Of a stretch of 64,000 bases of DNA, positions 1-9,112 are shown piece after piece. Below the pieces are notes generated by a model that saw only the letters and a program-made list of their open reading frames with translations, was not told the origin of the DNA and made no database searches. The translations under genes and the position numbers were made by a program. The first letter of the stretch is position 1, and the number at the start of each line of letters is the position of its first letter. Origin of the DNA: an uncultured Flavobacterium sp. (GTDB lineage: Bacteria; Bacteroidota; Bacteroidia; Flavobacteriales; Flavobacteriaceae); NCBI GenBank assembly GCA_964558625.1, contig CAZLEU010000002.1, positions 6,618 to 70,617 of the forward strand. The letters are read 5' to 3'.

Positions 1-3
1 TTA

Positions 4-1275
4 TTAGTTAATGATGTCAAACCCACAGTATGGACGAAGCACATCAGGAATTACAATACCATCAGCTGTTTGGTAATTTTCTAAAATTCCTGCCAAAACC
101 CTAGGTAATGCTAGTGAGCTTCCATTTAATGTGTGTGCTAATTGGTTTTTTCCATCTGCATCTTTATAACGTAATTTTAAACGATTAGCTTGGAAGGTTT
201 CAAAATTAGAAACCGAACTGATTTCTAGCCAACGATCTTGTGCTGTAGAATATACTTCAAAATCATAAGTTAATGCCGAAGCAAATCCCATGTCGCCACC
301 ACAAAGGCGCAATATTCTGTAGGGTAATTTTAATTCGTCCAAAATGGTTTTTACATGTTCCACCATTTCATCTAAAGCATTGTATGAATTATTAGGATGC
401 TCCACACGAACAATTTCAACTTTATCAAATTGGTGCAAACGATTTAAACCTCTAACATGTGCGCCATAAGACCCAGCTTCTCTTCGGAAACATGGTGTAT
501 AACCAGTACATTTTATAGGCAAATCACTAGGATTTAAAATCACATCCCTAAAAATATTAGTAACTGGAACTTCAGCCGTTGGGATTAAATATAAATCATC
601 TGTTGCATCATGATACATTTGACCTTCTTTGTCAGGTAATTGTCCAGTTCCATAGGCAGAGGCCTCGTTAACTAAGTGAGGCACTTGGTATTCCAAGTAA
701 CCTGCATCTGTATTTTTATCCAAAAAATAACTGATTAAAGCACGTTGTAATTTTGCGCCTTTGCCTTTATATACAGGAAAACCAGCACCAGTGATTTTTA
801 CACCTAACTCAAAATCGATAATATCATATTTTTTTACCAATTCCCAATGAGGTAATGCGCCTTCATGTAAAACAGGAACTTCACCAGCTTGAAAGACATT
901 TAAATTGTCTTCTGGAGTTTTTCCTTTAGGAACAATGTCCGCAGGAAGATTTGGTAGAGTATAAAGTTTTTCGGTTAATTCTTTGGCAAGTTCATCGGTT
1001 TTATCAGCCAATTCTTTGCTTTTTTCTTTTAGTGAAATGGTCTTTTCTTTTAAAATAGCAGCCTTTGACTTTTCACCATTTTTCATTAATTCACCAATAT
1101 CTTTGGATAGTTTATTAGATTCGGATAAAATGTTGTCCATCTCCAACTGGGTAGCTCTACGTTTTTCGTCTAGCTGCACTACTTCATCAACAATTGATTT
1201 GGCATCCATATTTCGTTTTGCCAAAGCTTTAATCACTTTTTCCTGATTTTCTCTAATAAATGCTATTTGTAACAT
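4..1275 (-). CDS. serS: Serine--tRNA ligase
   Basis: N-terminal coiled-coil arm, LIPTAEVP, motif 2 FRREAG...GLNRLHQFDKVE, EISSVSN, HTLNGSSLA. Confidence 0.98.
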   Translation of the reverse strand: MLQIAFIRENQEKVIKALAKRNMDAKSIVDEVVQLDEKRRATQLEMDNILSESNKLSKDIGELMKNGEKSKAAILKEKTISLKEKSKELADKTDELAKELTEKLYTLPNLPADIVPKGKTPEDNLNVFQAGEVPVLHEGALPHWELVKKYDIIDFELGVKITGAGFPVYKGKGAKLQRALISYFLDKNTDAGYLEYQVPHLVNEASAYGTGQLPDKEGQMYHDATDDLYLIPTAEVPVTNIFRDVILNPSDLPIKCTGYTPCFRREAGSYGAHVRGLNRLHQFDKVEIVRVEHPNNSYNALDEMVEHVKTILDELKLPYRILRLCGGDMGFASALTYDFEVYSTAQDRWLEISSVSNFETFQANRLKLRYKDADGKNQLAHTLNGSSLALPRVLAGILENYQTADGIVIPDVLRPYCGFDIIN

Positions 1276-1448
1276 GATTTTAATTTTATAAGGTGCAAAT
1301 TTAGGAAAATCATTCGTAAAAAAGCATTAAATCTAAAAAACAAAAAGAATCAAACATTAGTTAAAAAAAGAATTAAAATAGCACTTTCTGAGTTAGTTAA
1401 CATATAATTTGAATATCGTTTTTTATATTTGGCAAAAAATTACATAAA

Positions 1449-3383
1449 ATGAAAAAATATTACTTCCTAATTTTGGTTTTGACTTATGCTTTTTCTTATG
1501 CACAAATGGATAATGCAAATAAAGAAGTTGAAGAAATTGCTAACATTGAAAAGAAGTCAGCGTCCAAAATCATGAATTTTGTTGCTAATCCCAACACAGC
1601 AAATTATGATTTGACTTATCATAAATTAGAATTTACAGTAAACCCATCAAATTATTATATTGCTGGAAAAGTAACTTCTACTTATACTGCATTGGATAAT
1701 ATGTCTACTATTATCTTTGATTTATCAAGTGAGTTAACTGTGAGTTCTGTAAAAAAGAATAATGTAAATCTTGTATTTTACCAAAATGCTAATGATGAAT
1801 TAGTGATTACCCTTCCTTCTGTTCAGACAACTGGAACTTCGGCAACGGTAGAAATTACATATGAAGGAGCACCACCAGCCACAGGTTTTGGTTCATTTGC
1901 AACTGAAACACATGCGGGTCAAGATGTTATGTGGACATTATCTGAACCTTTTGGAGCAATGGAGTGGTGGCCATGTAAACAGGATTTGAACGACAAAATA
2001 AATTCTATAGACGTTTTTATTACTGCACCATCAGCATTAGTTGCTGTTTCAAACGGTGTGCAACAAGCAAAAGTTAATAATGGAAATGGAACGTCAACTA
2101 CTCATTTTCATCATAATTACCCAATTCCAGCCTACTTAATAGCAATTGCAGTAACAAATTATACTATTTACACGCAACAGGCAGGTCTTGGTACCACAGC
2201 AAGTCCTTATTTCCCAATTGTGAATTATTTATATCCAGAAGAAGCTACTACAAGTCAGCTAGATTTAGCCGTAACGCCTTCAATTATGAATTTTTATGAA
2301 ACAACATTTGTTCCATATCCTTTTAGATCAGAAAAATATGGACATGCTCAGTTTGGATGGGGTGGCGGAATGGAACATACAACAGTTTCTTTTATGGGAG
2401 GTTTTGATAGAGGATTAATTGCTCACGAAATGGCACATCAATGGTTTGGTGATAAAGTTACATGTGGAACATGGAAAGATATTTGGTTGAATGAAGGGTT
2501 TGCAACATATTTAGCTTCAATGGTTATTGAAAATTTTGATGGGGATGCTGCATTTATAAACGATAAATCTAACAAAATTAATAGTATCACCTCACAAGCG
2601 GGAGGCGCGATTTATATGACAGATGATGAGGCTACAAATGTGAATAGAATTTTTAGTAGCCGTCTTTCATATAATAAAGGAGCTATGGTTTTGAATATGT
2701 TACGCTTAAAATTGGGGACTACTAATTTTCTGCAAGGTTTAAGAAACTACCTTAATGATGTAGATTTGGCGTACAACTATGCTGTTACACCCGATTTGAA
2801 AGAACATTTAGAAGCAGTTTCAGGATTGGATTTAACAGAATTTTTCAATGACTGGGTATACGGTCAAGGTTACCCTATATATGCTATCCAAGCAGGGAAT
2901 AGTTCGCCAGGTATGGCTACAATAATTGTTAATCAAACGCAATCACATCCATCAGTAAACTATTTTGAAGGACAAGTTCCGGTTAGACTTACAGGTTCTT
3001 CAGGCCAACAACAAGATTATATTTTGAACAATACTGTAAATGGTGAAAATTTTCAGGTGAGTGTCCCTTTTAATGTAACTGGAGTTGTTTTTAACCCAAA
3101 GAAAGATATTATTTCTAAAAATAGTACTGCTGTGCTTACTAATGAAACATTTGAACTTGAGAATAAAGTTAGTATTTATCCTAATCCAGCTTCGACAGAA
3201 TTGAATATTAAGATTCCTTCAAACATTAGTATAGAATCCGTTAACCTTTATAACGCTTTAGGACAGAATGTACTCCTAAGTCCATCTACAGTTGTTAATG
3301 TGAACTCATTATCAAATGGGGTTTATTTTCTCAAAATTACAACTTCCGAGGGCTCTGTTCTTAAAAAATTCATAAAAAAATAA
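1449..3383 (+). CDS. M1 family aminopeptidase with signal peptide and T9SS type A sorting domain
   Basis: GGMEH, HEMAH (HExxH) plus NEGFATY, YNKGA; C-terminal IYPNPA...GVYFLKI...KKFIKK. Confidence 0.93.
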   Translation: MKKYYFLILVLTYAFSYAQMDNANKEVEEIANIEKKSASKIMNFVANPNTANYDLTYHKLEFTVNPSNYYIAGKVTSTYTALDNMSTIIFDLSSELTVSSVKKNNVNLVFYQNANDELVITLPSVQTTGTSATVEITYEGAPPATGFGSFATETHAGQDVMWTLSEPFGAMEWWPCKQDLNDKINSIDVFITAPSALVAVSNGVQQAKVNNGNGTSTTHFHHNYPIPAYLIAIAVTNYTIYTQQAGLGTTASPYFPIVNYLYPEEATTSQLDLAVTPSIMNFYETTFVPYPFRSEKYGHAQFGWGGGMEHTTVSFMGGFDRGLIAHEMAHQWFGDKVTCGTWKDIWLNEGFATYLASMVIENFDGDAAFINDKSNKINSITSQAGGAIYMTDDEATNVNRIFSSRLSYNKGAMVLNMLRLKLGTTNFLQGLRNYLNDVDLAYNYAVTPDLKEHLEAVSGLDLTEFFNDWVYGQGYPIYAIQAGNSSPGMATIIVNQTQSHPSVNYFEGQVPVRLTGSSGQQQDYILNNTVNGENFQVSVPFNVTGVVFNPKKDIISKNSTAVLTNETFELENKVSIYPNPASTELNIKIPSNISIESVNLYNALGQNVLLSPSTVVNVNSLSNGVYFLKITTSEGSVLKKFIKK

Positions 3384-3463
3384 TCTCGGCACATAAATTG
3401 TAAAAAAGTAAGGCGAAAACCTTACTTTTGCTTTTTTAAGCAATAACCTATTCAAAATTTTAA

Positions 3464-4798
3464 ATGATACAATTAGCACAAATTTTATTCATATTATCTG
3501 TTTTAGTAATACTTCACGAGTTTGGTCATTATATAGCCGCAAAAATTTTTAAAGTTAGAGTTGAAAAGTTTTATCTTTTTATGGATGTTGGTTTTTCAAT
3601 AATTAAAAAGAAAATTGGTGAAACCGAATGGGGAATAGGATGGTTACCGTTAGGAGGTTATGTAAAGCTTTCGGGGATGATAGATGAAAGTATGGATACC
3701 GAACAACTAAAACAAGAACCACAACCATGGGAGTTTCGTTCTAAACCAGCTTGGCAACGACTCATTATAATGTTAGGAGGAATTATTGTAAATATTCTTT
3801 TAGCATTGTTAATTTTTACAACTTTATATTCTACAGTTGGACAAAAGTATATTTCTACAGAGATAGTTCAAAAAAATGGCTTGGCTTTTGGTGAGGTTGG
3901 GAAAAGTGTTGGATTTAAAAATGGTGACAAAATTGTAGCGGTTGATGGGAATCCTGTAAATATAAAATTTAATAGATTAACAATAGATGTACTTTTAAGT
4001 AATAAAATAACCATAGATAGAAATGGTGAAAAGGTTGATATTTCATTAACCGATGAAAATATTGGTAAAATTTTAGGAATGGAAGGAAAAAGCTTTATGC
4101 TTCCAAGAACAACTTTTTCTGTAGATTCTATTCCAGCGAATTCTGAAGCTAAAAAAGCAGGTCTATTAAAAGGAGACAAAATTGTAGCTGTTGATGGAAA
4201 AAAAGTGTATTATTTTGATGAATTAAATTCATCATTAGCCAATAAGGCAAATGATAGTATTGAATTAAAAATTGATAGAAATTCGAAAGAAGTTATTATC
4301 AAAACCAAATTAAATAAAGATAGTAAAATTGGATTTGTACCCAAAATGGCTTCTTTAGACAAAGAATTTGAAGTTGTGAACAGATTGTCATTTGGAGAAG
4401 CAGTTTCGGCTGCAGCAAAAGAGTCATGGCAGTTGTTGGTTTATAATGTAAAACAGTTTAAACTTATTTTAAAACCTAAAACAGGAGCCTACAAACAAGT
4501 AAAAAGCCCTATCGGGATAGCACGTATGTTACCTGAAGCTTGGGATTGGGAATTTGTATGGGGGTTCACAGCATTGTTTTCAATTGCATTAGCATTTATG
4601 AACTTACTTCCTATACCAGGTCTAGATGGAGGACATGCATTATTTACCATTGCCGAAATGGTAACGGGAAAAACTTTGAGCGAAAAAGCAATGGGACATG
4701 TACAGACAGGAGGAATGATTTTCTTGCTGAGTTTGATGGCATTAACCTTTGGTAAAGATATTTATCAATGGGTGATGGAAACTTTATTGGCAAAATAA
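3464..4798 (+). CDS. rseP: RIP metalloprotease RseP (M50) with two PDZ-like domains
   Basis: HEFGH, LGGYVKLSGM, two GDKIVAVDG repeats, NLLPIPGLDGG. Confidence 0.95.
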   Translation: MIQLAQILFILSVLVILHEFGHYIAAKIFKVRVEKFYLFMDVGFSIIKKKIGETEWGIGWLPLGGYVKLSGMIDESMDTEQLKQEPQPWEFRSKPAWQRLIIMLGGIIVNILLALLIFTTLYSTVGQKYISTEIVQKNGLAFGEVGKSVGFKNGDKIVAVDGNPVNIKFNRLTIDVLLSNKITIDRNGEKVDISLTDENIGKILGMEGKSFMLPRTTFSVDSIPANSEAKKAGLLKGDKIVAVDGKKVYYFDELNSSLANKANDSIELKIDRNSKEVIIKTKLNKDSKIGFVPKMASLDKEFEVVNRLSFGEAVSAAAKESWQLLVYNVKQFKLILKPKTGAYKQVKSPIGIARMLPEAWDWEFVWGFTALFSIALAFMNLLPIPGLDGGHALFTIAEMVTGKTLSEKAMGHVQTGGMIFLLSLMALTFGKDIYQWVMETLLAK

Positions 4799-4820
4799 TT
4801 AAAAAAAAACTAAAAAATAT

Positions 4821-4850
4821 TTGCAAAAAGCAAAAATCGCACTATATTTG
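4821..4850 (+). promoter_or_regulatory. Bacteroidota housekeeping promoter for tRNA-Asn
   Basis: TTG at 4821 (-33) and TATATTTG at 4843-4850 (TAnnTTTG, -7), 26 nt before the tRNA. Confidence 0.75.
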
Positions 4851-4875
4851 CACCGCTTTAAAAGGCAATACGCCT

Positions 4876-4949
4876 TCCTCCTTAGCTCAGTTGGTTAGAG
4901 CATCTGACTGTTAATCAGAGGGTCCTTGGTTCGAGCCCAAGAGGGGGAG
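4876..4949 (+). tRNA. tRNA-Asn (GTT)
   Basis: Acceptor stem TCCTCCT/AGGGGGA, D arm TAGCTCAGTTGGTTAGAGC, anticodon arm TCTGA-CTGTTAA-TCAGA, T loop GGTTCGAGCC; no encoded CCA. Confidence 0.97.
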
Positions 4950-4960
4950 CTTAGATGAGC

Positions 4961-4996
4961 AAAGGCTTTACAGAAATGTAGAGCCTTTCTCTTTTT
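4961..4996 (+). terminator. Intrinsic terminator after tRNA-Asn
   Basis: AAAGGCTTTAC-AGAAAT-GTAGAGCCTTT hairpin followed by T-rich tract. Confidence 0.8.
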
Positions 4997-5017
4997 ATGT
5001 AGGTACAACATAGGTAC

Positions 5018-5855
5018 GGTAGTGTATCAAATGTGTTGTTTTAAAAAAATGAAATCACAATGATTTGATTATCAATATAAAATAAAAAATAATTTTAAAT
5101 AGAGAAGGCGACCATTTGGTCGCCTTCTCTATTTTTGCGCACTTAAAACGAATAAAATGGAAGAAAAAGCTACTTCGTGTATCAAACGTGTTGGTGGTAC
5201 TGAAATCTGCAAGTATTGTGACAACGATTTAATAAAATATGGTAAATCTTCAGCTAATAAAACTAGATATCGTTGCAAAAAATGTAAAAAGACTCAGGTG
5301 GAGAATTACACCTATAGAGCTTATTCTTCTACTTTAAACCAAAACATTGTGTCATTAACAAAAGAAGGGGCTGGAATCAGAAGCATTTCAAGATTATTAC
5401 AAATTTCAACAAATACATTGCTGTCAAGGCTCATATTAATTGCTAGAAGCATCAAACAACCTGAAATTGTTAAAAGAAGAATATTTCAGGTAGATGAAAT
5501 GAGAACCTTTATAAAAAGGAAAACCAAACTAATTTGGATTGTCTATGCATTAGATCAAAAGACAAAAAAAGTTGTCAGTTTTAATGTAGGTAGAAGAACT
5601 AACAAGACACTTAAAAATGTTATTTTAAGTTTAGAATTATCAGATGCTAAAATGATTATTACAGATAAATTACGCAACTATAAATTCCTTATAAAGAAAG
5701 AGATACATAGCACAAAATTTAGAGGTATTAATCATATTGAACGTAACAACCTAAGTATTAGAACACATCTCAAAAGGTTAAATAGAAGAACAATTTGTTT
5801 TAGTAGAAATTTAACTATTTTAAATGCTGTTTTAAAAATATACTTTTGGGGTTGA
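5018..5855 (+). mobile_element. IS1-family element; left end present, right IR not recognisable
   Basis: Starts GGTAGTGTATCAAA; this end recurs at 11198, 12246, 13422 and (degenerate) 34569; 17-bp-stem hairpin at 5098-5133; transposase follows. Confidence 0.75.
5157..5855 (+). CDS. IS1-family transposase (InsA-InsB single ORF)
   Basis: Zn ribbon CKYC...RYRCKKC, HTH GIRSISRLL, catalytic VDEM, ITD, IERNNLSIR, RRTICFS. Confidence 0.9.
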   Translation: MEEKATSCIKRVGGTEICKYCDNDLIKYGKSSANKTRYRCKKCKKTQVENYTYRAYSSTLNQNIVSLTKEGAGIRSISRLLQISTNTLLSRLILIARSIKQPEIVKRRIFQVDEMRTFIKRKTKLIWIVYALDQKTKKVVSFNVGRRTNKTLKNVILSLELSDAKMIITDKLRNYKFLIKKEIHSTKFRGINHIERNNLSIRTHLKRLNRRTICFSRNLTILNAVLKIYFWG

Positions 5856-6334
5856 TTAAAGGATAGAAATTCAAACCTTCTATGCATATTTGTATTTAAA
5901 GAGTATTTTATACAACAATAACTAATTTCAACCATTGTTATAAGGAACTAACCCATACAGGCCAAAATTATCAAAGAATTTTTAGGCTTGGTAAATAGAA
6001 GTAAGTTGGTAATTAATCCAATCATAAACAATAATTATATTTTACTACATGTAAGTGGACATTAATCAAGAGTCAGATGTTTCTCTTTTTTTTGTTAAAG
6101 AGAAACCCTTTCAAATTCAATACAATGGAATGAAAGGGTTTGAACTAACTCAGTTACTTTGATATAAAGCAAAAATAGATAAATATTTTCACATAAATTT
6201 ACTTATGATCTTTATTTTAGCATCAGAATGACTTAATTTTATTAAGCACTAGATGTGACTACAAAAAATCACAATAATTTGATTACTATAAACATTAAGC
6301 AGCTAGAAATAGTCAAAAAAGAAGAATAATTAGT

Positions 6335-7996
6335 CTATTCAGTAAATATCATAAAAAAAATGTGATCTTCTAAAAAAACAGTTGTCTTATTTTTTTCATG
6401 TTTTATGTTTTTATTTTGCTTTATTAGTTTGTTGAATGTTTTAAGTGATTCTACCTTTATTTGAAATCCGCAAATTCCTTGAAAACTTTTTGTGTTGAGT
6501 AATTGGTTTATTTTGATTGATTTTTTGCTGTCTAATAAATATAAATTACTCTGTCCCACTTTAAATAATAGGTATGGAGCTCCTAAATATTCACCTTTTT
6601 CATTTTCTGTAAAACCAAGGTCTATATATTCTTTTGCTTCTTTATCAATGTTATCGCATAAAATGTACGTAGAATTTAGTGAAGTTGTAGTATTTGAGTG
6701 AGTGGTGTTTTTTGAGTTTTCTTTCCAACCCTTATTAAGGTATTCAATAAAAAACAATTTCATATTTTTAGGTTCGATAATTTGCCAAACTGTGTTGCTA
6801 TCCATATTAAATTGTATGTTTTTTTCGCTCAACATTTTTTTTATAAATTCAGCATTTTTAACGGAAATAGCCATTGAAGTACACCCTTGTCTTGTTTTTA
6901 AAAAATCAGTATAATATTTACCAATGGTATTTGAGCTGTCCAGAGGCTCTATAAACTCAAGATAAGTGGTGTCTGAAAATTTTACAAAGCAGTTTTTTAT
7001 ACCTTCATGAACTTTCCCTTCTTTTATTGAAAAATGTAATTGGTTTTGAAAAACATCCTTGATTTTTTCTAAATCTTTTACCACAATTGGAATATGGTCA
7101 ATAGAATTGAATAAAGAATATTTTTTGATAGAACTTTCATGACATCTTAGGAATTGCAAATCATAGAATATTTTTTTTGTTATTTCTTTTCTACAACTTC
7201 CAAAATCATCTCGGTTATTTTTTCTGTTTTGCAGTAATCGAGTGGCAAAGAAATAAGTATTATCATTAGCTTCTATATAGCCTACCCACCAACCAGTGTT
7301 AGTGTTATTTTCTCTTGTCCAACCTGTTTTTGCACTTATCGTGTAGCAACCCGTTTGTTCGGTAATCATCACACTTTTTACAATTTCAATATTTCGTTTT
7401 GAAAAAGGTAATTTTCCTTCGTACAAATTTTTGATAAATTCCACTTGATTAATAGGGGTAATACCAAACTTGCCAAAGTTCCAAAAATCATGGTGTTTTT
7501 CGGTAAGATTAAGATTACCATAATTACAAGCCGATAAATATTTTTTATACTTTTCTTTGCCTATTTTTTTTGCCAATTCAATAAACACCCAGCCTGCCGA
7601 AACTTCAAACGCTTTTTTAACAGACATATCGTGATAAATTTCTGGTCTATAACCATACTTTACAGTGTCGGTTTTGCCAACCCATTTCACAATTTCATTT
7701 TCGTTTTTTATGGTTTTTGTTTCTAATGCTATTAATAAATTTATAATCTTGAAAGTTGAAGCTGGTAAACTTTCAGTCTTAATATTTATTGTGTCGGATA
7801 AAATCCATTGTTGATTTTTATTGTCAAAAATGGCGATTGAACCTTTAACACCACAATTTTCAAAGTAATTTTCAAATTCTTTATGGACAGTAAAGCTAAT
7901 GTTTTTAAAATTATCAAAGTGTGAGTTACCTTTCTTTTGTTGTGAACAAGAAAGACAGGTAAGTAATATAAATAGTAATAAACTCAGTATTTTCAA
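6335..7996 (-). CDS. Class D beta-lactamase-like domain fused to a C-terminal VOC/glyoxalase-like region; putative lipoprotein
   Basis: Lipobox-like LLTCLSC; PASTFKI (SxxK), SAGW, YGN, FW, KTG; then IDHIPIVVKDL...YLEFI. TTG start. Confidence 0.8.
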   Translation of the reverse strand: MKILSLLLFILLTCLSCSQQKKGNSHFDNFKNISFTVHKEFENYFENCGVKGSIAIFDNKNQQWILSDTINIKTESLPASTFKIINLLIALETKTIKNENEIVKWVGKTDTVKYGYRPEIYHDMSVKKAFEVSAGWVFIELAKKIGKEKYKKYLSACNYGNLNLTEKHHDFWNFGKFGITPINQVEFIKNLYEGKLPFSKRNIEIVKSVMITEQTGCYTISAKTGWTRENNTNTGWWVGYIEANDNTYFFATRLLQNRKNNRDDFGSCRKEITKKIFYDLQFLRCHESSIKKYSLFNSIDHIPIVVKDLEKIKDVFQNQLHFSIKEGKVHEGIKNCFVKFSDTTYLEFIEPLDSSNTIGKYYTDFLKTRQGCTSMAISVKNAEFIKKMLSEKNIQFNMDSNTVWQIIEPKNMKLFFIEYLNKGWKENSKNTTHSNTTTSLNSTYILCDNIDKEAKEYIDLGFTENEKGEYLGAPYLLFKVGQSNLYLLDSKKSIKINQLLNTKSFQGICGFQIKVESLKTFNKLIKQNKNIKHEKNKTTVFLEDHIFFMIFTE

Positions 7997-8054
7997 TTTT
8001 TCAGAATGAATGTTATTTTTATAAAGTTTATTTTTCTAAAGGTTAAAACATAAG

Positions 8055-8813
8055 TTAGAAGTGGGCAATTTTACCAACTTTTAAAATTAGTTTCCACGTC
8101 ATTTCTTTTTCTGTTTCAATTTCTTTCCAATGTTCTTGCAGCTTTTGCGACAATTTTTCCATAGGATTTTCGCTATATCTGTCTATGTATTTTTGAGTTG
8201 CCGACCAGCTTCTTATGTGACCCAATGTTTCAGAAAGGTTTACTTGCTTTTTGATAAAAAATTCTGGAGTTTTAATTTCCTCAAATGGGAATGGTATTGT
8301 TGAATATTCCTTGTCAATTAGCTTGTTTTCGGGTAGCCAAAATTCGCCAACAATATTGTCGTGAAAGTCTTTGATTATAATGTCTAATTCTTTTTTTATT
8401 GTCGGAATACCATAAGCCCAAACTGCTATTATTCCATTCGGTTTTAAAACTCTCTTTACTTGAGTATAAAATTTGTCGAGGTCAAACCAATGAACTGCTT
8501 GTGCAACTGTAATTAAATCAACCGAATTGTCTTTTATGGAGCTTGGGCTTTCAGCACTTTCAACTTTGTAAACTATTCTGTCTTGAGGAATAGCATTTTT
8601 TATTTGTTCTTTGCTAGGGTCAGTTGCATAAACTTTTTCATAGTAGTCAGTTAATTTCAGTGCTGATTGTCCATTTCCAGTGCCACAATCCCAAGCTAAT
8701 TTGTGTTCAGAAGTTAGCTTACTCAAAAACTCGAACATTTCTTGTGGATATGTAGGTCTGAATTTCACATAAACTTCAGCTTGTTTCGAAAAGTTATCTT
8801 TAAATGTGTTCAT
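8055..8813 (-). CDS. Class I SAM-dependent methyltransferase
   Basis: RPTYP, AWDCGTGNGQ, DLITVAQAVHWFD, LKPNG. Confidence 0.92.
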   Translation of the reverse strand: MNTFKDNFSKQAEVYVKFRPTYPQEMFEFLSKLTSEHKLAWDCGTGNGQSALKLTDYYEKVYATDPSKEQIKNAIPQDRIVYKVESAESPSSIKDNSVDLITVAQAVHWFDLDKFYTQVKRVLKPNGIIAVWAYGIPTIKKELDIIIKDFHDNIVGEFWLPENKLIDKEYSTIPFPFEEIKTPEFFIKKQVNLSETLGHIRSWSATQKYIDRYSENPMEKLSQKLQEHWKEIETEKEMTWKLILKVGKIAHF

Positions 8814-8833
8814 TCTAATTGTTGATTTTACTT

Positions 8834-9005
8834 ACTACTATAACGTTTTGCTACTTTTTTAAGTGGGCATAATTTGCTCACTGACAATCACAAATATATC
8901 GAATATTTGAAAACAAAAATAGCATTGTAGTGGAAAAGATTTTATAGAAGTTTTATTAATAAATCCCAAACCTAGCCATCGCTAAAAACCGCTGTTATAA
9001 GCAGT
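8834..9005 (-). repeat. attC-like intergenic element of the Bacteroidota TAAC...GTTA type
   Basis: Imperfect terminal inverted pair ACTACTATAAC / GTTATAAGCAGT, lying between a stop codon and the methyltransferase ATG. Confidence 0.5.
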
Positions 9006-9010
9006 AGCCA

Positions 9011-9109
9011 TTAGTCAACTTTTTTATTTAGAGTTAGTAATGCACTTGAATATTTAGCAACAATTTCACCATAAATATTTTTTCCTCCCAAAGATATGAA
9101 TTGTGTAAA
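9011..9109 (-). pseudogene. 3' remnant of a gene truncated by the DDE element end
   Basis: Open frame FTQFISLGGKNIYGEIVAKYSSALLTLNKKVD* runs up to the TIR at 9113 with no start codon. Confidence 0.4.
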
Positions 9110-9112
9110 GTG

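Noticed and set aside
5850-5880. IS1 right inverted repeat and target-site duplication
   Set aside because: The expected TTGATACACTACC is absent after the stop codon (sequence reads TTGATTAAAGG)
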